Origin: Octopus bimaculoides
Lineage: Eukaryota
Assembly (NCBI RefSeq): GCF_001194135.2
Contig: NC_068994.1
Coordinates: 48,800,395 to 48,864,394 of the forward strand
Direction of reading: 5' to 3'
Length of the DNA stretch: 64,000 nt
The notes under the pieces are model-generated. The model did not search any database. It saw nothing but the letters and a program-made list of their open reading frames with translations, and had not been told where the DNA came from. Positions 25,706 to 37,560 of this stretch are shown piece by piece. How positions within the stretch are numbered: the stretch's first letter is position 1; every line of letters begins with the position of its first letter. The position numbers and the translations under genes were made by a program.

Positions 25706-26959
25706 TGAGATAAAATGAAATGAATAACTGACAGAGAAAGACGAGGTTAAAAAAAAAGTGTTTGTTTTTTAAGAGAAGCTTGTTTGTTGGAGCATGGTTG
25801 CGGCTAGTGTCAAGGATAGCTGGGTACTAAAATTAGTCATTATTGATCATGCTATTCTTATTGCTTCATTCCTTTTTGTTAGTGTGTTAGTATCTCTCTC
25901 TCTCTCTCTCTCTCTCTCCCTCTTTCTCTAACGTGTTTTGATTACACGTGCATGTGTGTGTGTGTGTGTGTGTGTTAGTGGATATATATATTAATATACG
26001 TAGCATTTACCTTAATTGCCACTGGGGCGTTTTTAATAACAAGTCTCTCTTGTGCATATGAGTTACACACATGCACAAAGCGTTTCTTGATTGGTTTGTG
26101 GATGTTGAATAACAAGTCTGTGTGTATGTGTTTTGTCTATCACCAATTCACTAGTATTTTTTCTTCAGTTCTTTGATATAATTCTTAATAACAAATTCTC
26201 TCCCTAGCACACACTCAACCGTGTATGTGTGTGTGTTTGTGAGAGAGAGAGAGATAGAGGAAGGGAACATGTTCTATTGAGCTTCTTTCTAGATTGTCTT
26301 GCTAGGACCAACTCTGTTTTAGTTTGATAAAGAAATATTTTTTTACATACTGGTGGTTAGATGTGTATACGAGATCAGGTGTATTTTGCATGCAGTATGT
26401 CATGTTGACATGGAATTACTGAGAGTGGGATAACTTATTAGTTGACTATTGTCAGTCTGTTAATAATGGGTTCAAATCTGTTTCAGATATTAAAAAAAAA
26501 AGCAATATGGTTTAGTCAGATGAGGAAGAGCAGTACTTGTGATTCTTAGCTCTTTACAACTCACTATGTTGGGTGACAGGTACCACATCTTTCAGTAATG
26601 CTACCTCAATAGGTGTTTGTGCCTACTCTACAGCACTTCCTGCACTGAGAAGTTGAGATATTCACACCTTGTTTTAGTGTTGTCACAGTGGTGGTGGAAG
26701 TGGCCAGTTGAATTGATTTCAGAGATGAACAGCGGAGTTGACCCTGGAACGATTTGATCTTGGAATACAATAAAACAGAATTAAATATTGATGGGTATTT
26801 TAATCCCGGATCAAACGCACATTCACAGAATGTTGCATATAATAAGTAATGAAAATGATAGTAATTGTCTTCTACACTGTATTAACTGCTGCAGCAGTTG
26901 CACAGCATGCTGTAAGACTAAATTTGCTGATATTACTGGCTATGATGAGTTCAAAACTT

Positions 26960-27410
26960 TATGATAGCCATTGAGCTGTAAAATACATTTGACTCTTCTG
27001 ACTCCAATCTTCAGGGTTTCAAAATACTTCATCCCTAACAATTTTTCACCCTCTGTAAAAGCTTGTAGGATGTTCACAATGAAGTGTTGCTTCTGTGTCC
27101 CCCTCCCTCCACCATTGCATCCAGATAAAGGCCACACAACTGATGGGCATAAAGGTTCCATCCTTTGGCTCACGGACATGCTATCTCTTATTCCTGCTGA
27201 TTAGTTGGTCTCATGTCACCTCCACTCAAGCACTCTTGTCTTACTCATCTCTCATCCTCTTATCTATTTTGTATGCATCTCCCATATCCTGCACTCATAT
27301 CTTAATTCTTATAATGTTGGTCCTCTCCATCGGTATTTCCCAATCTTTTTATTCTTTAAAGTCCTTGAAATACTTTCCATGTTTCAGAGAATCCCTGAAT
27401 AATTAATATA
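26960..27410 (-). mobile_element. Highly degenerate LINE 3' fragment (RTE/L2-like)
   Basis: ETW...HVRE...W...GGRG.QK pattern resembles post-RT ETW...GHV.R...W.P.G.R.RGRP. Confidence 0.35.
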
Positions 27411-28214
27411 TCAATTATTGTAAATTTGTATATATATTTTTTGGTTTTCATGAAGTTAAGTTTCATAGGAGATTAAATAAATCACAAAGCTGTCTTTGAA
27501 GGAGTTGGTAGTACTAAATCCATCAAACATTACAAAAAAAAACAAACCTCAAGACCTTCTTTACATTAATTTCGTTGATAATTCTCTATTAAGAAGTAAT
27601 TTTTCCCATAGAATCTCCTTTCTACCTTACAGCTTCCAGGACTTTTCATTATCCTAGGAAATAAACCATGCATCTGTAATAAAACTATGAATGTAGAATT
27701 AAATATGAAATGACGCAAGAATGCATTTGTGCAGAATTAGCCTAATTATTGCTCTCATGGGACCCCAAACAATCTCTTACAGAATCCTAGAGTTTGGAAG
27801 AACTCCTCTTGGGAAATACTGCTCTGGACCCTCTATTCATCTTTCCTGCAGTTGTTGACTTTGAAGAGTTTATGTGGAATGTTCATTTGATAGTTAATTT
27901 TAGCAGTTTCACAAATATCTATGAATTAAAACTCTTGCTGTATAATTATTATGCAGTGTTTACTTGTGATGGTGTATAGCCTTATTTTCCCTTGTTTGCC
28001 AGGCTGCAAAGCATGCTCTTGTTTCCCAGGATCGGAGTGAGAGTAGGTTTATGCTGTGAGATGAAGAAAACCCTATTTTTTTAAACCCTTCAAGGGGCTC
28101 ATAATACACTTTCCCTTTAGCTTTTACTTTCCATTTAATTCAATCCATTACCATAGCTTACTAATTTTAGCAACTGTTATTTACTAACAATAGGCTTCAT
28201 TCATATCGTGCCTC

Positions 28215-28385
28215 CCTGTTCTGGCTGAGTTCAAATTTCGCCACAGTTGACTTGGTTTTTCATCCTTCCGAGGCTGGATTTGGTGGGTGACAATAAAAGA
28301 GAGGAAGAAAGGAAAGTGTACTAGTAACGTACTAGAAATAATATAATTGACTCTTCCCCTTTTTAGTGGTGGCCTCGTGCCTGTT
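28215..28385 (+). mobile_element. Family-2 SINE fragment
   Basis: gagttcaaatttcgccacagttgacttgg...tcatccttccgagg. Confidence 0.75.
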
Positions 28386-28943
28386 AGAAATCGATAAAAG
28401 GACTGAAATTCAGCTGTAAAGCATCGACAATAAATGAAATAGAAAAATAAATAACAGTTGGTTATTCATTCGACAGAAATGCAAATGTCCCAACAAAAAA
28501 TAGAATAGAATAAAATAAAATAAAATAAAAAGAAAGAAAAATTCGTGTTAGCATAACAAAGCAAATCTAATACAGCTGAAGAAGAAAAAAAAAAGGAACA
28601 GAATGGCAGGAGAATAAGTGAAGATGAATGAAAATTAATTAAAAAAAAAAAAAAGGAAAGATACAAAGAAAACAAGAAGGTTGTTTGTGTCTTTGTCTTT
28701 CCTCTGTATGTCTGCCTGCCTGCCTCATTCTCTCTTTTTACACGTGTGTGTCTGTGTGTGTATTATGTAATTATTTTGATTAATCTGTTTGTCTGCATCT
28801 CTCCAGGTGCGTGTCTTGTACCTGTAATATATATNNNNNNNNNNGTACGTGTGTGTTATCGTTTTTCCATTAAAAGGTTTTTTGATCTTTAGATTAATAT
28901 TCTGCTTGAATCAGCCATTATAAATGTGAGCGTAGTAGTTTTC

Positions 28944-28983
<40 letters not shown>

Positions 28984-30350
28984 GTGTATAGTGTAAGGAA
29001 CATTTTGTTTGATTTCGTTTGTGTGTATGGAGTCCTTGTTTGTGTAATGGGGTATTGTTCTGGCCATAGAAAACTGTATGTGGTGGAGTGGAATGTGATA
29101 GGTGGTCTGTGTGTGTGTGTGTGTGTTGGAAATGTGAGACAGCCACCTCAACTTTCAATCTATAAGGGTTGTTTATTATTGTGTACTTTAGTCTGAGTTA
29201 ACCTACATAGATGTGTTTAATCTATAGACGTGTTAAGCTTTCACCTGAGAAAATTGAAAACTTTTGGCTGAGATTTTTTGAAGTAAATTAGCAGATGAAA
29301 ACCCCCTCTAGGAGTGTTTAATAACTAAAAACAACAAACTGAGGAGATGACTCCAATAATATAATCAATTATCGGAGGAGTAGGTACCAAGTCAACTGGA
29401 TATCATCATCCTTTGTCTGTTTTCTATGCTGGCATGCATTGAACCCGGGGTATATTGCTTGAAATAGACTGGTGTCTTATGGGTGTTGGGATAGTGGTAT
29501 AGCTCAAGTGATTAACATCATGATATTGGAACTAAGCCCCATCCCCTTAAAAAAAAGCTCTTGGTGTTTTATTGCTATTCAAGTTAGGGAGCTGTTATAC
29601 CTTATCTGTATATTCATCAGGAAACTGCACCAGGAAACTGGTGCAGAGCACAAATTCTTAAGAGGGTTGTGGGATTCTTGGAACTATTTACATAATTTAT
29701 TTTACATATTTTATTGTCTGGGGAGAGTCATTCTCTTTTAGTGCCTTATTATTTAACATATTTAATTTTACTTTTCCAATACTTCTAAAGCATTGCATTC
29801 TTCTGGAACTCCCTATCCTTCCAAGTTGCTGTACTTGACTGGTACTTTGTTTTATCAACCCCTGAGAATTGAAAGGTGCAGTTGGCCTCATTGGGATTTG
29901 AACTCAGAACTAACAGCAGCCACAACAACAACAACAACAACAATGATGATGGATGGATATCTTACTCTTAGTGGGAAGATGTTTTTGAGTTTAAAATTTA
30001 AGTTACTGTGAATGTAATCAAGAATTAGTCATACAATTTTCAGTTCCCCTTAACTCTCTTCAAGGCAGTGTTTCTATATATTGCTATAACTCGCAGTTTA
30101 AAGTAGGATATGGAGGACTACATCCTATAGATTTAGTTTGAAGTTAGATATAAATGGACCGTGTTCTGCCATCAACCCTTTGGAACCCATAATTTCATGT
30201 TACAAATATTGTTTTCTGTTGGGATATGTATGTTTTGTTGTTTAGCTAAGGGCAGTTCTGAATAAGTAAACTGACAATCAAAAACCTTCCAGTTGTAACC
30301 ATTCCATTTTATTTTCAGGTATAACATATCTAGAATTACATTTTCTGATA

Positions 30351-30551
30351 TACAATTAAACCTTGGGAGAGGCATTATGCCGGTAATAAACACACACACT
30401 GGTTCAGTCCTTTATTAATTTATATAGTTTTTTGTTAAATTATTTCATTGCACTCTTGCAATCTCTTCAGTAAACTATATAAATTAATAAAGGACTGAAC
30501 CAATGCATGTGTTTATTACCGGCATAATGCCTTTCCCAAGGTTTAATTGTA
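30351..30551. mobile_element. Tc1/pogo-type fold-back MITE with TA TSD
   Basis: 78-bp inverted arms (30353-30430, 30472-30549) with 4 mismatches, 41-nt spacer, TA on both sides. Confidence 0.85.
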
Positions 30552-31090
30552 TTTCTTTCAACACACGTATCCACATCAAGAATCTTGCACACGAAATACA
30601 CATACGAAATATTTTCTGATATGTTGTTCCTTTTAAAGGTGGCAGAATATGATTTGAGGGAAATTAGGCCACTATTTCTAGCAGTTCAAGCATTGCATTG
30701 ATATTCTGTCATTTGTTTTGAAGTATGCAGTACAAAATGATTGAAGTTAACCAGGATCTATTACACTACTCATACTTGGAAACTGTGTTTAGAATAGGAG
30801 CAGTGAAAGGATTTGTGTTGTTGTTAATGAAAAAAAATGCTTTAGAACTTTCTCCTTGTGTTTAAATGGAGACATATCCTGAATTTGACCTTTTTGAATT
30901 TTAATGAAGAGGTCTCACAATTGACTCATAGTGTAGACATTGCATCAACATCATTACAACGACAGTACTAAAAATGTAATTTTATTGTTCTTGAAACTAA
31001 AAATTTTTGAGTGTGTGTGTGTGTGTGACTTTTTTGCATCCATCTTTTTGTTAAGCTTGAAGAATCAGTCTGGTGGTTTATTTGTTAGTG

Positions 31091-31260
31091 TAGGCATTGG
31101 CAACCCTTTTTGAGAAGCTGGTCACATGAGGCATGGCTCATCACTATGTGGGCTGCATTATCAAAACAAAATCCAAGGTAAATTTTTGCCATTCAGAAAG
31201 TTCTGTGAGCCGTAGTATTTTTTCCTTCTACTTTCTGTGTTTGAGAAAACAAGCATCTAG
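31091..31260. mobile_element. hAT-type MITE left-end fragment
   Basis: taggcattggcaacccttttt...gtcacatgag homologous to 48605-48686. Confidence 0.6.
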
Positions 31261-31654
31261 CAGGTCTGGGGGCTCAATAAGACTGATATATTTTTCTCCA
31301 AAAAATGTGTGAGTTTGTGCCATAACTTGGAATCATTATTAGCACCATCACATCAACAAAATCTAAGTCTTTGGTGTATATATTCTGCCACATTCCTGTC
31401 AATAACACATGTTAATTCCATAGACATTCTTTCATGAGGTTAAGTATGATTTTTTCTCTCTCTCTCTTTTTTTTTGCTGGAGTTTTCCAACAAAAAATGA
31501 TGAGTAATGTCGACTGTCTCAAGCAAGCAACTTGGAAATAATGCCAGCTGTTTCAAGCTGGCAACATAGGAACTATGTTAGTTGTCTCAAGCAAGCAACT
31601 AATGGTAGGGAGCTCTTTGCTTGCTTTCAAATTTGAAACCCTTGCTGATAGTCT

Positions 31655-31782
31655 CTAACTCCTGAACCTTATTTTACAAAATACCTGGCACTCCACCGGT
31701 GCTACGGTATAGAGCGGTGCTATGGTATAGAGAAAAATAAGTCATCCACTGGCAAACTGGTGTTATGGGCTCAAAGAGTTAA
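31655..31782. mobile_element. Possible piggyBac-type MITE with internal 18-bp tandem duplication
   Basis: ctaa-ctcctgaacc ... ggctcaaagag-ttaa; cggtgcta(c/t)ggtatagag x2. Confidence 0.45.
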
Positions 31783-32559
31783 GGACTAACCAGTGATTTA
31801 ATGTAAGTTGTATACCTATGAAATAAAGATTCATTTAAATTAGATTCTTTATTTTCTTAGCACAGTACACCCACACAGATTCTTATGCGCTTTTAATTTG
31901 CTCCTGATACTGAAAAGTTTTCCTTAGTACTGTTTAATATGGTTTCTTGACTTTGTTAGAAATAGCAGCCAAATTTCTCTTGAATCACACCCAGTTGCTT
32001 TAAAACTGGAAGCAGCACACGTTCACACATTGGCACGCCCATCATAGGTCTGGTTGATCAGAGCCAAAAACGAAGCAATAATAATAATGATGATGATGAT
32101 GATGATGATAATTGGTGTCTATAATGTGTTTATAATTATCTGCCCCAGTTCATGAGAATAGTTTTGAAGTTTGTAAGTCTGGAATCTGCCTCAGAAGTTG
32201 TCCTCTTACTCTGTTATGGTTAATTAATTGCTTGGAATTTATTTTCAGATATATTAATATAATGATCATTGATTCTGTGAGTTGGAGCCAGTATGCATAT
32301 AGGGATGTGTAAGTGTGTATGTTTGTGTATGAGGATATACACATGCATACACAAACACTTCTATGATGACACACCCACACATTTGTATGTATGTGAAATC
32401 TGGCATGTAACTTATACACATTCATGTGTCTGTATGTATGTTTACTAGCTACCTTATCTACAATATTTATGGTGGTGATAAGTTTCAGCATCTCTCTTCC
32501 ATGATAGAATTAGATTTGATGGACCTGATACATAACATGTCTCTATGTCTCAATTTCCT

Positions 32560-32830
32560 ATCCCTGCAGTGTACAAGCTTCTTAGAGTGATTGAGTTCGT
32601 CTACTCTTGTTACATAGATGTTTGCACCTCTACGTTAATCCATTCACAGCCTCTTCGCTAGCAAATGTCCATTTATTTTCCAGTTCTAAACTAGTTGCAG
32701 TTGTCTTTCCTGAATGGATAGGCTGATGCCTTTGACGATTCCTTCTTTAATCATTTTGCCTACGGCTGTCAGATGGGAAGGTTGACATATTTATAATTTT
32801 GTCTTCGCATTAAGAGAATGAAAAAAGAAA
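32560..32830 (-). mobile_element. Possible Penelope-like GIY-YIG C-terminal relic
   Basis: LELENKWTFASEEAVNGL resembles E..WI..L.T..P.GLN; weak. Confidence 0.25.
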
Positions 32831-33649
32831 AATAAAAGAAAAAAGAGAGAGATGTCATATTTTATTCTGCAAGACTTAATTGTAGTTAAATGAAGTTTTA
32901 GAAGAAATTAATAAAGAGGCAGTCAAGAATATAGTATGTGGTAATTCAAAGACTTATTTAAGTATTGATACTAACACTAATGTCTGTCTGCCTGAATAAC
33001 AATTTACTAGCAGGACCCATCAATGTTTCAGATTTTAGAAATTTTTATTTTTATTTCTATTTTGATGCATAAATTTATAGAGCTTCATTAAAAGATTTTA
33101 ATTATGTCTTCAAAGTTGTTCCATAGTTAAGGTTAGTTAATGCATAACGCTCAAACACAAAATCACTGGTGACAAACAGACTGATATGGATGTTTGTCAA
33201 TCGAGGTGTGTGTGTGTGGATGGGAAAGGGAGGAAGAGAATAGCATGGTTGATCATAATAAGATTTGAAACTGTTAGGTAGGGTCTCACGTATGTAATAC
33301 AATGAGTGGAAAAACTGATTAACTGAGATTATCCATGCTGTCAGTAGACAAAAACTCCCAAGGAGTGTTTGGGATCTGAAACCAATAAGCAAGGGAGATA
33401 ACTCCAATAAAACCAACTTTTTAGAAAAGTTGCAGATGGGAGTGAATCTATGAAAGTATGTAGTCTTGTTCCAATCTAACCGTACCCCTTCACCCACCAC
33501 CACTCTTGTTTACAGAAGCCATGCGAGATACCCTGTGTAAACTTTGTGGAAGTATAAATAGCTGTGATGATAATGATGGCAGCCAGATTAATTAAATTTT
33601 CTTTCTTTTAAATTGTTGGCTTGAAATACTTGCTAGCACCACCATCACT

Positions 33650-34600
33650 ATTGCCAACACCATTAAGACTGCTATTTTGAAGTTTTACTATCAACATATT
33701 CTACCAAGACTTCAGTTATATTTCCTTCACTACCTCAGTCACAACCACCTCTCTTTCTCCCAAGCACTATCATCTCTATTACTATTAGCTACTACATCCT
33801 CAGCAGCCATCGCCACTCCCAACACTATCATCTCTAATGCCATTAATCATCACATTCTCAAGCGCTCCAACCAACACTACTGGTATCAACCCCATCCTCA
33901 CCTTCATATAACGTCCTCAGTTATCACAACCATCGCTAATTGCCTCTACTAAAGCCACTAACCAACCATTATCATCATCATTACTACGTCTGTAGCCTCT
34001 ACTGCAGCCATCCTCATCACCACTATATGTCTGTTTCTCTGCTGCCAGCGTTCCCACCCTCGTTCTCTCCTACCTCCTCTCTGTTCATTGCATTTGAGTA
34101 TTTATTTAGCTGCTGGCAACACTGCTGTTCGCTGAAGTTTCATCAGAACTTCATCGNNNNNNNNNNNNNNNNNNNNNNNNNNNNNNNNNNNNNNNNNNNN
34201 NNNNNNNNNNNNNNNNNNNNNNNNNNNNNNNNNNNNNNNNNNNNNNNNNNNNNNNNNNNNNNNNNNNNNNNNNNNNNNNNNNNNACACATGCACACACAC
34301 ATCTAAATTCTCTCACGTGTACACACAACACACTTGTATTGCACGTGTGCGCACACACATGTTATCACATGCACATAGTCAAGTCACATTTACATACTCT
34401 TACATGAAGATAGTCGCATTCACCTACAAATACTGTCACATGCACAGTCACATTTATACACACATTCAAGCATGCATATGCACACACACAAACACACACA
34501 CTCATCTGCACATGCACACATGCTCTCATGTATTCATATATACACTTCTGTATGCATTCAAAATGTTATTCGTAATCATGTGCACACTCATGGTAACTTT
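33650..34600. repeat. Low-complexity (CAT/CAC) and degenerate (CA)n region around a gap
   Basis: Direct reading. Confidence 0.85.
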
Positions 34601-35387
34601 CTGACATATAAACAAACATTATTTTTATTATTATTACTGTTATTATTATTGTTGTTATTATAAACCTATATTTAGGAAGACAGGTCAGTTTTAAAATTGT
34701 CTTAAAGTATTTGCACTGGTCTGTCTTTTTATTCTTTTACTGGTTTTAGCCATTTGACAGTAGCCATACTGCGGTACCAGTTTCAATTTCTTTTTTTCTT
34801 TTCATTTTTTTTTTTTTTTGGACAATTGCATTATGCCCTCGTAACCCAGTTTGGTATTCATTTTATCAGATCTCTTAAGTTCACCGTTGTACTGAGTTTT
34901 GTTACTTTTTGGAGATGCAATTGTCACAAGGTAACACTAGCATACTCACATACATCCACACTTGCTACCTCTGTGAATATATATACATGTATAAATACAC
35001 ACACATATAGATATACACACATATATATAGACAAACAAACACATGCGCACACATGCACAAACACACGAGAGGTTTGCAAGTTGTTTTACAATGCAAAAAT
35101 TAGAGTACCCAGTATGATGTACGAAGTGATTATAATATAATTGATATATTGTTACCTTTCCATGACAGTGAGTCCCATGTTAAACAGAGCATTGTTTAAA
35201 TTGATGAGTTCATCTCCAGAGAAATCTTTCACTTGTATCATATCCACTTAAACAATGGTCTATTTACCGCAAAACTTAGTCATAGAAAACTGTCTGCTGT
35301 GTATGTGTGTGTATGGATATGTATATGCTGTGTGTGTGCGTGTGTATGTATACACACACACACACACACACACAGATACACATTATC

Positions 35388-35680
35388 AAAATGTTGACTT
35401 TTCCATGCTTGCATGGGTTTGGACGAGTTTTTTGAGGCAGCTTTTTTACGGCAAAATGCCCTTTTCTGTTGCCAACCCTTACTTATTTCCAAGCAAGGTA
35501 ATAGTTTCCCATGGTCAGACATGTTCGCTCAGTATATTTGGAGATGAATGACACTGCTTATATGACAGTGACAATCATTTATAAACCATCGGGCATTGTC
35601 AAGACGAGGACACACACGCACAACCACCACCACCACCAACAACAACAAGCTTCTTTCAGTTTCTATCTGTCAAATCCACT
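35388..35680 (-). mobile_element. SINE composite (family 3 tail plus family 1-like head fragment)
   Basis: ttttccatgcttgcatgggtttggacg...ttgccaaccc and gcttctttcagtttctatctgtcaaatccactca. Confidence 0.7.
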
Positions 35681-35804
35681 CAAAAGGAAACAATCACATC
35701 ATTGAAATCTTGAAGCTACATGATAATGCATGGCTGATTCAAAACAATGTGAATAAATAGGCATTATTACATATGACAGAGTAATCTTAATGCTAAAGGG
35801 TTAA
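35679..35804. mobile_element. Right half of the piggyBac-type MITE
   Basis: Matches 10565-10636 and ends AATGCTAAAGGG-TTAA. Confidence 0.8.
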
Positions 35805-37449
35805 ATCTATCCCACTGCTTGTCTGGTACTTATTGCAAACTCAGAAGCATGAAAGTAAAGACTAACCTAGATGGGATTTGAACTTAGAACACCAGTAGGT
35901 GTAACTGAATACTAATTCTGTCTACCACATTTCCAAATTAAATGCAAACATGTTCACACATCCATGAATGGTAGAGAATAGTGTTTGAGTATGTAACTTC
36001 TCTAATAAAGAAACTTGACTCTGGTTAGACATATCTATATACAGCAGTAAAACTTACCAGATGCTAGACACAAACAGTTCATACTTAGTCGACATAATTC
36101 TTTCGGCTATACGTACAAGACCTGAGATTTTGGCTGAGGTGCTAGTTGATTTCATCTGTCCCCAGTTTTCAACTGGTATTTATTTCGATAGTCTGTATAA
36201 TGAAATTGTAGTGATAATTTTCTTCTGAAGATGTAACTGGAATGCTGACAATAATCTATGAAATTCTTAGTATTAACTGCAAGATATGGATCAATGATCC
36301 ATACCATATTAAAATGATTGTTCTCGATGATACATCAGTGGAAGTTAGATATTGCTCAATAACTTCCCCTCCAACTCCTCTTTGGTCTGTGTGTTTAATC
36401 ATTAGGTAAGTCGGTGCTAATATAGCTTATTAATACTCCACATATAATATAACTAGTATTAAATATGTAGCTTTCATCATACTTGTTGAAGTGGTGATGA
36501 TTGAATCATGGCGATGTAAGGGAACACAGAATTGTACATTTATTGTAGTGAGAAAATATAATTGTTTGGATATTAAATAATTCAGGCATCAACTGCACAA
36601 GAATGATTATGCATGTTAGTGTTAACATATTTAATGTGTGAAACATTTAGAAGTTAATAAGAAATAAATACACAGCGACTATCATTAACTAAGTCAGCAA
36701 GCCTGCTGTACATGGTTACAGAAGTCTGAGATGAAAGCTAAACTAATTAATTAATTATATTACGTTTTGTATACGTAGCATTGCTGGCAAATCTAAAAAT
36801 CATACCTTAAAATTGTATTATTTACATGAAAGAATATAGTCTTTAGCTGGTAAAATCATGGTTTAAATTGTTGCTGTCAGCTCATAACCGTTTTATCACC
36901 ATCCTTCGTTCTTGACAGCCATGTCCCTTTGCAAGACAGCCTCGAGTTCAGTAGCTAAATGGATGGTATTTAGATTCTCGTGTCCTTTCATTCTTATGAA
37001 TAAAGCAGCCATGTTGCTTTGCTTGGCTTCATATCCAAAGGAAAAACTGATTTAAAGATTATTGCTAGAATGAGTTTAAATGAAGGTAATTTTTATGGAT
37101 GGGAGTACTGGAGATGACAACAAGCAATATATATATATATATATATATATANNNNNNNNNNNNNNNNNNNNNNNNNNNNNNNNNNNNNNNNNNNNNNNNN
37201 NNNNNNNNNNNNNNNNNNNNNNNNNNNNNNNNNNNNNNNNNNNNNNNNNNNNNNNNNNNNNNNNNNNNNNNNNNNNNNNNNNNNNNNNNNNNNNNNNNNN
37301 NNNNNNNNNNNNNNNNNNNNNNNNNNNNNNNNNNNNNNNNNNNNNNNNNNNNNNNNNNNNNNNNNNNNNNNNNNNNNNNNNNNNNNNNNNNNNNNNNNNN
37401 NNNNNNNNNNNNNNNNNNNNNNNNNNNNNNNNNNNNGCCCCCCCCCCCA

Positions 37450-37560
37450 CTTCTGTCTACATTACACTGCAAGTTGATTTTATTGACCCCAGTGTTCAAC
37501 TGGTACTTATTTTGGTGACCCTGAAAGGATGAGAGGCAGAGTCAACCTTGGCAGAAATTG
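37450..37560 (-). mobile_element. Family-2 SINE fragment
   Basis: gaccccagtgttcaactggtacttatttt...gaaaggatgagaggcagagtcaacc. Confidence 0.8.

Noticed and set aside
33102-33503. 133-aa minus-strand ORF
   Set aside because: No recognisable domain; at most a very weak L2/CR1-tail resemblance.
27788-36072. Several 6-8 nt AG...GTAAG micro-segments (near 13500, 19981, 26906, 27785, 36060)
   Set aside because: Expected by chance in AT-rich DNA; they occur on both strands with no other support.
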